A stretch of DNA of 64,000 bases from a virus, in IMG/VR virus record IMGVR_UViG_3300008114_000019, positions 4,068 to 68,067 of that record; one strand, 5' to 3'. Below the pieces are notes generated by a model. The model was not told the origin of the DNA, made no database searches, and saw only the letters and a program-made list of their open reading frames with translations. Position 1 is the first letter of the stretch. The number at the start of each line of letters is the position of its first letter. The position numbers and the translations under genes are program-made. Shown in pieces: positions 1 through 10,221 of the stretch.

Positions 1-154
1 TTTTTGATTTCCTCAATCCAAATTTAGCCAAATACACGTATACTGTCTCGACACTACAGCCACATTCTTTAGCAATTTCTTCTGGTGACTTTCTATCCAT
101 AAGATATCTCTTACGCATAAAAACTTCACTAGTATACATTTTACCAGAAGCCAT
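1..154 (-). CDS. Small helix-turn-helix DNA-binding protein (truncated by window edge)
   Basis: Manual translation from ATG at 154: MASGKMYTSEVFMRKRYLMDRKSPEEIAKECGCSVETVYVYLAKFGLRKSK. EIAKECGCSVETVY fits an HTH pattern. Confidence 0.7.
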   Translation of the reverse strand, partial: MASGKMYTSEVFMRKRYLMDRKSPEEIAKECGCSVETVYVYLAKFGLRKSK

Positions 155-155
155 G

Positions 156-743
156 TTAAACCTCGACTCTCATGGCTTTTTGCCAGTTATTTATAGCCCA
201 ATGGCCTATAGCACAAGCATCAGCAACATCGTTATCATTTATATTTTTATCATATATTGTATTAACAAACCTTATAGTTCTTTCTTTTCTTAAGTTTCTT
301 TCATATGTTTTATACCAAGACTCTGATTTGCCAGGGTTTTTATTTACAATTAATACTCTTTCTTCTTTTGATATCTTCTTATTACCTATAAAGTTTTGCC
401 ATGTAATTGGTGAGACTGATCCAACTGTTGATACCCCGCAAATCTTCAAGGCACCAATGATAGCACCCTGTACAAGGGCCAGGTCAGCAGCAGTTTTTGG
501 ACTATTCATAAATACTGTATGCTCTATAACTACAGCATCTATATCATATAAATCAAACAAGGCCTGAGTTTTTATACAAGCGTCTCCAACCTTTTCATAA
601 TTTGTGTTTCCAGTAAAATTAATTTTTCCAAAAAATCCAAGTTGTTTATTATTATAAACAGAAAAAGCCAAACTATTTGTACTTGCATCTATTGCACAAA
701 TATTATTAGGCATCATTTCAATGCCCCACTTATTCTTTGTCAT
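156..743 (-). CDS. ruvC: RuvC-like Holliday junction resolvase
   Basis: RNase H/RuvC-type acidic motifs: ICAIDAST, VVIEH, C-terminal NDNDVADACAIG. Confidence 0.75.
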   Translation of the reverse strand: MTKNKWGIEMMPNNICAIDASTNSLAFSVYNNKQLGFFGKINFTGNTNYEKVGDACIKTQALFDLYDIDAVVIEHTVFMNSPKTAADLALVQGAIIGALKICGVSTVGSVSPITWQNFIGNKKISKEERVLIVNKNPGKSESWYKTYERNLRKERTIRFVNTIYDKNINDNDVADACAIGHWAINNWQKAMRVEV

Positions 744-1014
744 TAATAATAATCCTCATTTTTTTTAAAGCCTTAACAACTTCTACTGGATTAATTAAAC
801 AAAACGTACAAATTGGTTCATCATTATATATTGATAAATCATTGCCACAGTTTTTGCACTTTCTAGTTTTACCAATTCTTTTTTGTCTGCGTGATATGAC
901 ATATCTTTCAGCAATCTTTTCTTTAGTTGCAGCATCCCTGCATTCTTCAGAACAATAAATCTGATATGTTACTTTTGCTTTAAACTTATCTTCACACCAC
1001 TTACAGTTCTTCAC
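730..1014 (-). CDS. Cys-rich zinc-finger protein
   Basis: Four Cys pairs: CKWC, YCSEEC, CKNC, CTFC. Confidence 0.65.
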   Translation of the reverse strand: MKNCKWCEDKFKAKVTYQIYCSEECRDAATKEKIAERYVISRRQKRIGKTRKCKNCGNDLSIYNDEPICTFCLINPVEVVKALKKMRIIINDKE

Positions 1015-1840
1015 CGAGGTTCTCCAAGGAATCTATTTTAATAGTTCCCGCCTCTGCTTCAGAACATGCTTTTTGAATTGGACATCTTGCACAAATTTTT
1101 GAGTTAGATCTATAATTCCTTTTAGGAATAGTTTTATCTACCCATGCTTTGCGAACTGTTCTCATCCAATCAAATGCCTGGTTAACCCACCTGCGGTAAT
1201 GATCGTTTAGTTCAATAGGAAGTGTAAGTAACTCATGATTATTTTTATTTTCATAAATTAATACACCCTTATCTTTTTTAAATACTTTCATATAAATAAG
1301 AACTTGTTTTAAATGATCCATTTTTGGTTTTCTATGAATTTTTCTATATTCAAAACCTTCACTTGGTACAGTTTTAATTTCACCAACAATGTCAGTTCCG
1401 TTATAATGCAACATAGCATCAGCAAATCCATTAATTGGAGGATCTTCAGATTTTACAGCCAACTCCATTGCTGGATGTATTTGTTGATTATACTTTCTTG
1501 GTTCTGGATCAAACTCTAAATCTTCAGCAAGGACTCCAGATTTCAATAAAGCATCTTGAATTCTACCGTGACTTAAATTACCACCTGTTCTATTTGCAAC
1601 ACCATAAGCATCTGCATTGTCTTCCCAAACAGTTCCCTCAAAAGCCAAGTACCAAAATCTTGGACACTCGCCATGATTCCATACAAGTGTTGATGGAGAA
1701 AAACTATATTTTTTTGCGTACTTAGGTTTTAATCCTACTGTATATCCCTTTTCAATTGATTCAATTAAACCTTTAGTAAAGTCTACATCACCATTGTGTA
1801 TTTCTTTTTTAATCATAACTTGCTGTAGTAAATTTTTCAT
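1001..1840 (-). CDS. Cas4-like PD-(D/E)XK exonuclease
   Basis: N-terminal ECPR Cys; GFADA...GEIKT nuclease motif; QVLIY; C-terminal CARCPIQKAC. Four Cys as in the Cas4/AddB Fe-S staple. Confidence 0.8.
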   Translation of the reverse strand: MKNLLQQVMIKKEIHNGDVDFTKGLIESIEKGYTVGLKPKYAKKYSFSPSTLVWNHGECPRFWYLAFEGTVWEDNADAYGVANRTGGNLSHGRIQDALLKSGVLAEDLEFDPEPRKYNQQIHPAMELAVKSEDPPINGFADAMLHYNGTDIVGEIKTVPSEGFEYRKIHRKPKMDHLKQVLIYMKVFKKDKGVLIYENKNNHELLTLPIELNDHYRRWVNQAFDWMRTVRKAWVDKTIPKRNYRSNSKICARCPIQKACSEAEAGTIKIDSLENLGEEL

Positions 1841-1868
1841 GTTTATCCTTTTAATATAGTATAGCAGA

Positions 1869-2195
1869 CTATCGTGTGATGTACTTAAGTGCAGAAACTA
1901 AATCATTAATTGATTCTGCAGCAGTATAGTATATGTTCTTTCTTGCTCTATCATTTTTATCAACATTTGTCATCCAAGTTGCTTTAAAGGCCATCTTTGC
2001 CGCTATTGCCTGTAATCTAACAATTTCTATTGTGGCAACATTCATTGGAATATCTGGCTTAACTATTACCTTTGCAATAAAGGTTAATGCAGTTGTAAGT
2101 TCTTCATCATTCATATACTCTGCAATTTCTGCAAGACCGTTTATTTGTTCTAAAGTTGTTTTACTGTTTTCAGCCTGTAACACCGAATCCTCCAT
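1869..2195 (-). CDS. Hypothetical phage protein
   Basis: 108-aa ORF in the operon, helical, no recognised motif. Confidence 0.6.
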   Translation of the reverse strand: MEDSVLQAENSKTTLEQINGLAEIAEYMNDEELTTALTFIAKVIVKPDIPMNVATIEIVRLQAIAAKMAFKATWMTNVDKNDRARKNIYYTAAESINDLVSALKYITR

Positions 2196-2946
2196 TATCT
2201 TGTGGTATTATTCCTAACTCTAAACCTTCTTCATGATATTGATCCCAACTAATTTGAAATCTAGGGTGTTGATTTAAATCATCAATATATTTTTTTCTTA
2301 CTTCGGGATGATGCTCATTATCTAATGGATTTTCATCTCCTGTAAATCTATAGTTGTCTGGAGGACAATAATCAAAACTAACTATCTCAACATATTCTCC
2401 AGGCTTCCAATGTCTTTTTGGTCTCCAGTGAACTTGATTAACGGCACTAAACAACATAGCATCACCATTTCTAAGATCATAATGTTCACCATCAATTACT
2501 AATTGCCAATCGTCAACATTGCCACCAATTTGATAATTAAATGTAACCAAATTTTCATCAGCGTCTATATGAGGTGGTAGTGATGGTGCATACTTTCCAT
2601 CTCCATATTGCATATCATATTTAATATAATTATAATGACATAACTTTATTTCTTCTTTATAAACTGGCTTTGCGTATGAGTCCATGATGTCTTCTATTTC
2701 TTTTGGACATTCAAATTCTATTAATTCCCTAGACATCACTGTAATTTTTTTAGGATAAAATCTATTCATGGCAGATATTATTTCATAGTCTGATTCAATT
2801 ATGTCATCAACTACTATGTTTCTATTTGCTTCAATAACATTTCTTAATGCCTTTGCTTGATCCTCAGTAAAAGGTTTTTCAATATAAATTGGAAGTTTGG
2901 TATTATATTTATCAAAACTTGTTAAGAAATTATGCATTTTAGTCAT
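2170..2946 (-). CDS. 2OG-Fe(II) oxygenase superfamily protein (array A, copy 5)
   Basis: PSLPPHID (HxD) ... FSAVNQVHWRPK. Start moved to ATG 2946, which overlaps the upstream stop. Confidence 0.75.
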   Translation of the reverse strand: MTKMHNFLTSFDKYNTKLPIYIEKPFTEDQAKALRNVIEANRNIVVDDIIESDYEIISAMNRFYPKKITVMSRELIEFECPKEIEDIMDSYAKPVYKEEIKLCHYNYIKYDMQYGDGKYAPSLPPHIDADENLVTFNYQIGGNVDDWQLVIDGEHYDLRNGDAMLFSAVNQVHWRPKRHWKPGEYVEIVSFDYCPPDNYRFTGDENPLDNEHHPEVRKKYIDDLNQHPRFQISWDQYHEEGLELGIIPQDNGGFGVTG

Positions 2947-3581
2947 CAATAAGAACCTTCCGTTGGATTTGAAGTTACCCCAGGTGTTTGTTCCCAAATG
3001 GCATACTGATAATCTCTTCTACTCAAAATTTCTTCTTTTTCTTGTTCAGATTTAAAGTTGTGAAACTTAGGAACAAAATGTAAAAATAAAGCCTCTAAAA
3101 ATTCTTCATCTTTAAATTCTTTTTTAGGTCTCCAGTGAACTTGGTGTGTTCCAGAAAATGTTAGTGCTTGATTATCTTTAAGTGTAAATGTTTCTTCAGA
3201 CTTCCAGTTATCTACAACTATTTCCCAATCAACATTAGATTTTACTTGTACATCAATTGTAAATCTTTTACCTTCAAAAGCATTATCGATATGTGGAAAC
3301 AACAACGGATTAAACCACAATTTTCTGCAATCAGATATTGTTTTTTGATATCTAGAAAAATTATATTCTGCAAGAACTAGGCCTTCTCCAATAATGTCCT
3401 CAGCAACTTTAGTAACACTGTCTATAATATCTTGTGGTAACTTAATGTGCCAACTTACATAACTTAGATGTTGTTGAAAAGATGTATGCTCAGTATTTTG
3501 TACTAAATCATATATTCTTCTTGTTTGATCTTCTGTAAAAAAATTATCTAATACTACATTGGGAGCATCTTTATATATCAT
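2946..3581 (-). CDS. 2OG-Fe(II) oxygenase superfamily protein (array A, copy 4)
   Basis: PLLFPHID ... FSGTHQVHWRPK. Confidence 0.75.
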   Translation of the reverse strand: MIYKDAPNVVLDNFFTEDQTRRIYDLVQNTEHTSFQQHLSYVSWHIKLPQDIIDSVTKVAEDIIGEGLVLAEYNFSRYQKTISDCRKLWFNPLLFPHIDNAFEGKRFTIDVQVKSNVDWEIVVDNWKSEETFTLKDNQALTFSGTHQVHWRPKKEFKDEEFLEALFLHFVPKFHNFKSEQEKEEILSRRDYQYAIWEQTPGVTSNPTEGSY

Positions 3582-4234
3582 TTTGTTTCCTTTGTTTTTA
3601 TTGGAACTGGCTGTCTTTCTATACCAGTCTTCTCTCTAATTCTATGTGACCAATATTCTAAAATTAACTTTTGATCTTTGCTCCATGGCCTATGCTCAGC
3701 GTATCTAAAATGAGCAAATAGCATATCAACTCTATCATTATCTAATAATTTTTTATTTTCTCTCCAATGTATTTGTTGAGTGCCAGCAAAAACTAAACCA
3801 TCGTTATTTTCTAAATTAAAAGATTCTCCCTCTACAACTACTGCCCATGGTGTAGTAGAGTTTAACTGTATGTCAAGTGTTATTCTTTGTCCATCTTTTT
3901 CATGAGTATCAAAATGTGGAAAAAGTTTTGGCTCATAACCATATTCGTTAGAGTATCTTGCAAATGATAATTCTGTTAAAAACATCTGTTCATTTAAAAG
4001 ATTGCTCATCCACATATTTAAATATTTTTCTAATTCTGTGTTCTGAAATGTCCAGGCTCTGTGTCCTACAAAGTCTTGAGTAATGTAATTATCTTTTACT
4101 TTTTCTACTTCGTTATATATAAGTTTATTTTGTTCTTCAGTTATAATATTTTTATAAATGAATACTTCAAAATCTCTATTTGGAACAATTCCTTTTTCTA
4201 ACTCTTCATTATAAATTGCTGGATCAAATCCCAT
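3578..4234 (-). CDS. 2OG-Fe(II) oxygenase superfamily protein (array A, copy 3)
   Basis: PKLFPHFD ... FAGTQQIHWREN. Confidence 0.75.
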   Translation of the reverse strand: MGFDPAIYNEELEKGIVPNRDFEVFIYKNIITEEQNKLIYNEVEKVKDNYITQDFVGHRAWTFQNTELEKYLNMWMSNLLNEQMFLTELSFARYSNEYGYEPKLFPHFDTHEKDGQRITLDIQLNSTTPWAVVVEGESFNLENNDGLVFAGTQQIHWRENKKLLDNDRVDMLFAHFRYAEHRPWSKDQKLILEYWSHRIREKTGIERQPVPIKTKETK

Positions 4235-4236
4235 TA

Positions 4237-4959
4237 TTATTGTCCTTCCTTGAACACTTTATCCACAACTGCTGTCCACCCCTCTTTACCGCCCCAATTA
4301 TTTAATGATTGTTCTGATAAAGGTATAGGATCTAAAGCAATTCCTGAATCTTTTTGATATTTTGACTCCCAATAACGCATAATATTTTCTTGATTTGGAC
4401 TTAACAATCTATTATTTTCATATCTAAAATGTGCAAATATCGCAGCACAGTAATCTAATTTTTTAAAGTTATATTTATCTCTCCAGTGAATTTGTTGAGT
4501 ACCAGAAAAAACTATGCCTTCATTTTGATTGGTTTTGTACTTTTTATTTTCAACAACTAGATCCCAATCTATATTTGAATCAATCTGAACTGACATAGTC
4601 ACTCTCTGTCCATCTTGAACATGGTTATCATAATGTGGATAAAGTTTAGGTTCATATCCAAATTCTGGTGCGTATATACATAACTCTATATCAACTAGTA
4701 TTACTTTTTCTCCAAGATTTTTACTAAGAACATCCTCTAGTCTTTGAGTTATTTCTGGATAACGAACTACCCATTTTCTTTGACCAGCATATCCTACGGT
4801 TATGTAATAATGCTCAAATCTTTTATAGTGATGTTTTAATGTATTGATATGATCTTCTAATAAAACATCTTTAATAGAAAAGACCTTAAAGTCTTTATTG
4901 TCTACAAAACCATTTTCTAGTTCTTCACTATAAACTGATGGATCAAACATTATTGACAA
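4237..4959 (-). CDS. 2OG-Fe(II) oxygenase superfamily protein (array A, copy 2)
   Basis: PKLYPHYD ... FSGTQQIHWRDK. Close paralog of 3578..4234 (FDPSVYSEELENG vs FDPAIYNEELEKG). The start may be ATG 4950. Confidence 0.75.
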   Translation of the reverse strand: MSIMFDPSVYSEELENGFVDNKDFKVFSIKDVLLEDHINTLKHHYKRFEHYYITVGYAGQRKWVVRYPEITQRLEDVLSKNLGEKVILVDIELCIYAPEFGYEPKLYPHYDNHVQDGQRVTMSVQIDSNIDWDLVVENKKYKTNQNEGIVFSGTQQIHWRDKYNFKKLDYCAAIFAHFRYENNRLLSPNQENIMRYWESKYQKDSGIALDPIPLSEQSLNNWGGKEGWTAVVDKVFKEGQ

Positions 4960-4961
4960 CC

Positions 4962-5501
4962 TTATTCTCTGTTCGTTGGTGCTTTAAAGAAAAAGAATAA
5001 CATATTTACATAATCATCTTTTTCAAAGTTTTTTTGCGGTCTACCGTGATATTGTTTAAATGGTCTAAGAAGCACTGCCTGATTATCTATTAATTCATAG
5101 TTTGTTCCATCTATTGTAATCGGCCATGTTATATTAGATGCCAATTGATAATCAATTAGAGTTGTATCAAGTTTTGAATCAAAGTGAGCGTTAAGTTTAG
5201 GATTACCTGTATTAGAAGAATACTCTGCATATACAGTACTAATATATTCACAATCACCATATTGTTCTCTAATTATTGTTTTTAACTTTTCAATAATATA
5301 TTCTGGTGTTGGAAGTATCTCAGCCATGAGTCTTCCATTATCTCTGTCTATCATGACTACATCATCTTGATTTATCAAGGAACCATTTTCATCTACTAAA
5401 ATTGAAACATGTGGTCTTGTTTCCATTTCATGTTGAACCATGGCAGCAAGATCTTCACGTTCTTTTCTTGTAAACAAATCATTAAATACTATATTTTCCA
5501 T
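4962..5501 (-). CDS. 2OG-Fe(II) oxygenase superfamily protein (array A, copy 1)
   Basis: PKLNAHFD ... QYHGRPQK. Start placed at ATG 5501, 6 nt after a TATAAT (likely leaderless). Confidence 0.7.
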   Translation of the reverse strand: MENIVFNDLFTRKEREDLAAMVQHEMETRPHVSILVDENGSLINQDDVVMIDRDNGRLMAEILPTPEYIIEKLKTIIREQYGDCEYISTVYAEYSSNTGNPKLNAHFDSKLDTTLIDYQLASNITWPITIDGTNYELIDNQAVLLRPFKQYHGRPQKNFEKDDYVNMLFFFFKAPTNRE

Positions 5502-5508
5502 ACTACTA

Positions 5509-5793
5509 TTATACCCCATCCGTTAATTGTTCTAATATATCCATCTCAATAATTGCTAACCTTGTTTTATTATTACCTTCTCCCAAAACTACAACTATTG
5601 CTGGATCCATGTTTTTCTTAATGGCATCAGTTACAGCCTTAGCCCAAACCTCTTTATTTAAAGTAAAAGACTTTGAAACTTCTTTAAAATCAATTACAAA
5701 ATTATTCCAAGAAGCATCACCTTTTGTAGTGTTTCTTCCAGAGTTCTTGTGCTGTTTAGCACCTATTCTTTTACTTTCGCTCTTCTCGCTCAT
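5509..5793 (-). CDS. Small PD-(D/E)XK nuclease / Hjc-like resolvase
   Basis: NSGR...KGDA...IDFKEVSKSF, a compact restriction-nuclease-fold pattern. Confidence 0.55.
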   Translation of the reverse strand: MSEKSESKRIGAKQHKNSGRNTTKGDASWNNFVIDFKEVSKSFTLNKEVWAKAVTDAIKKNMDPAIVVVLGEGNNKTRLAIIEMDILEQLTDGV

Positions 5794-5953
5794 AGTCCTT
5801 CTTTGTTTTATGTATTAGCGTTACCTTGCTTAAATGTTTTTCTTTACACATCCAGGTTAACTCTTTAGTCTCTGGATAAGACCTTAAGGTTAACACTATA
5901 GCCTTACATTTATGGCAAACAAACTTGCCATTGTAAACAGTATAGTTAGACAC
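5771..5953 (-). CDS. Small zinc-ribbon protein
   Basis: CHKC ... CKEKH; overlaps both neighbours as in an operon. Confidence 0.55.
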   Translation of the reverse strand: MSNYTVYNGKFVCHKCKAIVLTLRSYPETKELTWMCKEKHLSKVTLIHKTKKDYEREERK

Positions 5954-6953
5954 TAAGTTTATTCTTAATCATATCTTGAAGATCAAGATCCTCTCTTACT
6001 CTGTCTATAAATGCTTCCCTACCCTGAATTTTTGTACCATCATCTAGTTGATACCAAGCCCCTGTTCTATTTATGATTCCTGCATTTTCTGCAGTATCAA
6101 CAAGGTCACCTATAGCATCTACACCAAGACTATCCCCTCTAAAATAAAAGTCATACTCTCCAGATTGAAAGCCTGGTGATGTTTTTGAAAATTGTAGTTC
6201 CCACCTAATTTTTCTACCAATTTTTTCTTCTATTAACTTGTCACCAATTTTAATTTTACCTTTAAGTGCTTGGTTGTCTGATTCAGAAGAGAAAAGTTTA
6301 ATAACACAGGAAGAATAAAACTTTGTAGCCTGTCCACCTGATGGTTGTTGACTAGTATACATTGCATTAATATTATTTCTTGATTGAGAAATTAGTACTA
6401 ACAATGTTGGCTTTACCTTGTTGTTTGCATAATTTAACATTTTCCAAGCATTACTAAAGTCACGAGACTCAGCACCAATTTGTTTTGTATTTTCTAACGC
6501 CTTCATTTCATCAGTATCTTTTTCAAAATAAATAGCAGGAAGCATAGATGTTATTGAGTCAACAACAATTAAATCAACTCCAGCATTCATTAATCCAACA
6601 CCAACGTCAACCATATCGCTGATAGTTCTTGCTTGTGAGTAAATAAGTTTTTCTGGATCTACGCCAAGTGACTTAGCCCAATCTTCAGAGTATGACATTT
6701 CGGAATCAATCCAAGCACAAACCTTACCTTCTTTTTGTGCAAGAGCAATCATTTGTAAACACATAGATGATTTTGCAGAAGATTTACTTCCCCAAATTAA
6801 AACTTGTCTGCCATATGGAAGACCACCACCCAATGCACGATTCAAACCAAAACTTGGTGTAGGCTGATATTCAAAATTAATTCCAACTCCATTACCAAGT
6901 CTTTTGCGTAACTTAGGATCTAACTGTGACAATACTTCTTCTACGCTAACCAT
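5946..6953 (-). CDS. recA: RecA-like recombinase
   Basis: LNRALGGGLPYGR, Walker A variant GSKSSAKS, WIDSE, LIVVDSI, SGGQATKFYSS, GAWY. Confidence 0.92.
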   Translation of the reverse strand: MVSVEEVLSQLDPKLRKRLGNGVGINFEYQPTPSFGLNRALGGGLPYGRQVLIWGSKSSAKSSMCLQMIALAQKEGKVCAWIDSEMSYSEDWAKSLGVDPEKLIYSQARTISDMVDVGVGLMNAGVDLIVVDSITSMLPAIYFEKDTDEMKALENTKQIGAESRDFSNAWKMLNYANNKVKPTLLVLISQSRNNINAMYTSQQPSGGQATKFYSSCVIKLFSSESDNQALKGKIKIGDKLIEEKIGRKIRWELQFSKTSPGFQSGEYDFYFRGDSLGVDAIGDLVDTAENAGIINRTGAWYQLDDGTKIQGREAFIDRVREDLDLQDMIKNKLSV

Positions 6954-9900
6954 TGATATCCTCCAAAATTACGGTTCCGTCTTTTGTCTTACCTAAAGTA
7001 AATTTATATGCATGCCCTTCTTCTAACTTCATATATGCTTGTGCAAATGATGTTGGAAATACCATGACTGAATGTAAATCTCTTGATGTATCTGCTAATG
7101 TTAGTGATGCCATTTTTTTACCTGCTTTTGTTATTCTAGGTTTAAATGATACCACATACATCTCTTCTTCTGTAAAAGGTAGTTGTTTATAATTTAAAAA
7201 CTTAACCAAAGCATTTGTAGAACCTTTAATTTGATCTACTGGGACTGCAGATAAAATCCTATTATCATTAACAAGTATTAAATATGTTTGTCCAGTTTCT
7301 ATGGTAGTCTGCTCTTCATCAAATATTCCAACGCTACCAGTTTTATCTAAAACTTCAACTCTGGACCAACCTTTACTTCTTTTAATATTCTTTACCATTC
7401 CCATAATTACAAATGATCCCTTTTCATCATAGTCTTCTATGTCTTTAATAAAAGCATGATAATGTGCTGGAACTGTAATATTAAACTCTGGTAAATTTAA
7501 AATTTCATATAAGTTGTGACGAATATCTTCATCGTTTCTTGGATTATCTGGAAAAGTTGCGGCACCAATTAACTTTAATGCATTGAGTGCTCTACTGTTT
7601 ACACCATTACCTTTAGTAAAAGTAAACTCTTCTAATTCTTTATATGAATTAAATGGTCTAGCATCAATATATTTTTTAGCAATATTGTCTGATATATATT
7701 TAATAGCAGATAGTCCAAATCTAATCCCCTTGCCCTCAATTTTAAAATCTATGTCTGAATCATTAATATGTGGAAGTTTAACAGGAATACCCATTCTTTT
7801 TGCTTCAATCAAATATTCAGTACGAGTATCTTTGTTGCTTTCATTTTTAAGTAAAGCAAACATAAACTCAAGTGGATAATAGTATTTTAACCACGCTGTC
7901 CAATACGAGAGCGTAGAATAAGCAACCGCATGAGACTTGTTGAACGAATATCCCGCATGTGCTTCAAAGTCATGCCATAGATCACGAGCAACGTTAGGAG
8001 CAACATACTTAGAAGCACCTTCAACAAACTTTTCTTTAAAAACATCAAACTCCCTTGCATCTTTCTTTTTACCAATAATTTTTCTAACTTTGTCTGCATC
8101 AGCCATTGTCATGCCGCCAAGATGTACGCAAGCCTGCATAACTTGTTCTTGATACAGAATACATCCATAAGTATCGGATGTAAATTCTTTCATTACTTGA
8201 TGAACATATGAAACATTTTGTTTACCATGTTTGCGAGCCAAATAATCTTTACCAATAGTATTCATAGCACCTGGTCTAACTAATGCGTTAGATGCTGCAA
8301 GTTCGTTTAAATTCTTAACGCCCATCTTAACTAATAGATTGGTGTATGGTGTTGCTTCACATTGAAAAACACCTTTTGTATAGCCATCAGAAAGCATTTC
8401 ATATACCTTAGAATCTTCCATATTAATTTTTAATGGATCTATATCTACATAATGATTTTGTTTAATCATACCTATAGCATCTTTAATAACGCTTAATGTT
8501 TTTAAACCAAGTGCATCTATTTTAATTAAACCAATTCTCTCTGCTTCTTCCATGTCAATGCCAACAACTGGAATTCTTTCATCACTTCCTGGTGAAGATC
8601 TTGTTTCTAATGGTGCATATCTAAATATTGGATTTTTACTTGTTACAACACCTGCAGCATGAATACCAGTACCACGAATACGTCCACGTAACTGTTCTCC
8701 GTAAATCTCAACCTCTGGATATTTTTCTCTAAACCATTCTGTTGTTTTTGAAGTACAATATTCATCCCACGTATCTACTAACTTTAAAACCTTGTTTACA
8801 TCTGATAGAGGAATGTTTAATACTCTTGCAACATCTCTAACAACACCCTTATCTTTAAACTGTAAAAATGTAGCAATAGATGCAACATGTCTATACTGTC
8901 TAACTAGATAATCTTTTACTTCGTCACGACGTGAATCTTGAATATCTGTATCAATATCTGGAAAGTCATTACGTTCTGGATTAATAAACCTAAAGAAGAG
9001 TAATCCATGTTTAATTGGATCAATGTCTGTAATATTTAAAGCATAACATAAGAGTGAGCCAGCAGAAGATCCTCTACCTGGGCCTACCATGATACCTTCT
9101 TTTTTAGCCCAGTTAATCATACTTTGCACAACCAAAAAGTATGGACCAAACTTCTTATCTTTAATTACCTTCAACTCTTCATTAAGTCGTTCCACATATA
9201 CAGCATCGTCTGACAAACCCTTATCTCTCAAACCCTGCATTGCAATTTCTTTTAATTCTTTATCTGGGTTTCTATATTGAACTGGTAATAGGTCTAAACC
9301 ATCTTGTAGGTCATAGTCTTCTACCTTATTGGCAATCTCTATAGTGTTGGAATATATATCTTCTCTAAATATACCCTGCTTTTCCATAGCAGACTTAATC
9401 TCTTCATAACTTAATAAATGTATGTCAAACTTATTAAATGTTATTTGTCTATCCTTGCCATATAGATAATCTAAACGCTCCATCATATCTTTATGTTTTT
9501 TAGATTTTTCGTATGTATGATCTTTCTCTATCTTGGCATGAGTATTTAGCAATAATTTAAATTCTTGTACTTCCCTTTGTTCTTTACAACTATGATGACA
9601 GTCTGGAGTAACTACTACCTTTACACCAAACTCATCAGCAAGTTCAATGAGTTGTTTATTTATTTCAGCAGGATTATGTGGCATTACCTCAATATAATAA
9701 TCATCTTTAAATGTATCTTTAAACCACTCTATATATTTTTTTGCTACAGCAAAGGCATTTTCTTCTAAGGCTTTAACAAGCACACTGCTTGGACAAGCAG
9801 ATGTTACTATAATACCTTCTGAATATTGCTTTAATGTTTCAAAATCAAATCTTGGCTTTTTAAAATATCCCTCAGTCCAAGCGATTTCATTAATCTTATT

Positions 9901-10218
9901 TAAATTTTCTAAACCAACTTTATTTTTAGCGAGAAGGACTATATGGTTATAGACTAAATCAAGTTGACCGTCTCTCTCAGACTTGTCTCTTGTATCAAAT
10001 CTATCTTGACACATATAGCCTTCTACGCCAAGAATAGGCTTAACGTTCTTTGCTTTTGCACCTCGATACAGTTCTCTATGCCCAGATAAGGTTCCGTGAT
10101 CTGTAATTGCAATTGCTTGCATACCCAAATCAACTGCACGGTCTATATATTCTTCTGGAGTAGCAACACCATCAAATAATGAATAGTGTGTGTGAACGTG
10201 TAAGCCTACATAACTCAT
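6946..10218 (-). CDS. dnaE: DNA polymerase III alpha subunit (family C) with PHP domain
   Basis: LHVHTHYSLFDG, AITDHG, GPGRGSSAGSL, FPDIDTD, GIHAAGVV, KIDALGLKTL, YSFNKSHAVAY. Confidence 0.97.
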   Translation of the reverse strand: MSYVGLHVHTHYSLFDGVATPEEYIDRAVDLGMQAIAITDHGTLSGHRELYRGAKAKNVKPILGVEGYMCQDRFDTRDKSERDGQLDLVYNHIVLLAKNKVGLENLNKINEIAWTEGYFKKPRFDFETLKQYSEGIIVTSACPSSVLVKALEENAFAVAKKYIEWFKDTFKDDYYIEVMPHNPAEINKQLIELADEFGVKVVVTPDCHHSCKEQREVQEFKLLLNTHAKIEKDHTYEKSKKHKDMMERLDYLYGKDRQITFNKFDIHLLSYEEIKSAMEKQGIFREDIYSNTIEIANKVEDYDLQDGLDLLPVQYRNPDKELKEIAMQGLRDKGLSDDAVYVERLNEELKVIKDKKFGPYFLVVQSMINWAKKEGIMVGPGRGSSAGSLLCYALNITDIDPIKHGLLFFRFINPERNDFPDIDTDIQDSRRDEVKDYLVRQYRHVASIATFLQFKDKGVVRDVARVLNIPLSDVNKVLKLVDTWDEYCTSKTTEWFREKYPEVEIYGEQLRGRIRGTGIHAAGVVTSKNPIFRYAPLETRSSPGSDERIPVVGIDMEEAERIGLIKIDALGLKTLSVIKDAIGMIKQNHYVDIDPLKINMEDSKVYEMLSDGYTKGVFQCEATPYTNLLVKMGVKNLNELAASNALVRPGAMNTIGKDYLARKHGKQNVSYVHQVMKEFTSDTYGCILYQEQVMQACVHLGGMTMADADKVRKIIGKKKDAREFDVFKEKFVEGASKYVAPNVARDLWHDFEAHAGYSFNKSHAVAYSTLSYWTAWLKYYYPLEFMFALLKNESNKDTRTEYLIEAKRMGIPVKLPHINDSDIDFKIEGKGIRFGLSAIKYISDNIAKKYIDARPFNSYKELEEFTFTKGNGVNSRALNALKLIGAATFPDNPRNDEDIRHNLYEILNLPEFNITVPAHYHAFIKDIEDYDEKGSFVIMGMVKNIKRSKGWSRVEVLDKTGSVGIFDEEQTTIETGQTYLILVNDNRILSAVPVDQIKGSTNALVKFLNYKQLPFTEEEMYVVSFKPRITKAGKKMASLTLADTSRDLHSVMVFPTSFAQAYMKLEEGHAYKFTLGKTKDGTVILEDING

Positions 10219-10221
10219 CTA

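Noticed and set aside
1001-1840. Cas4 as part of a CRISPR-Cas system
   Set aside because: No cas1/cas2 or array; solo Cas4-like nucleases are common in phage replication modules.
4259-4267. Perfect DnaA box TTATCCACA
   Set aside because: Single copy inside a coding region; expected by chance.
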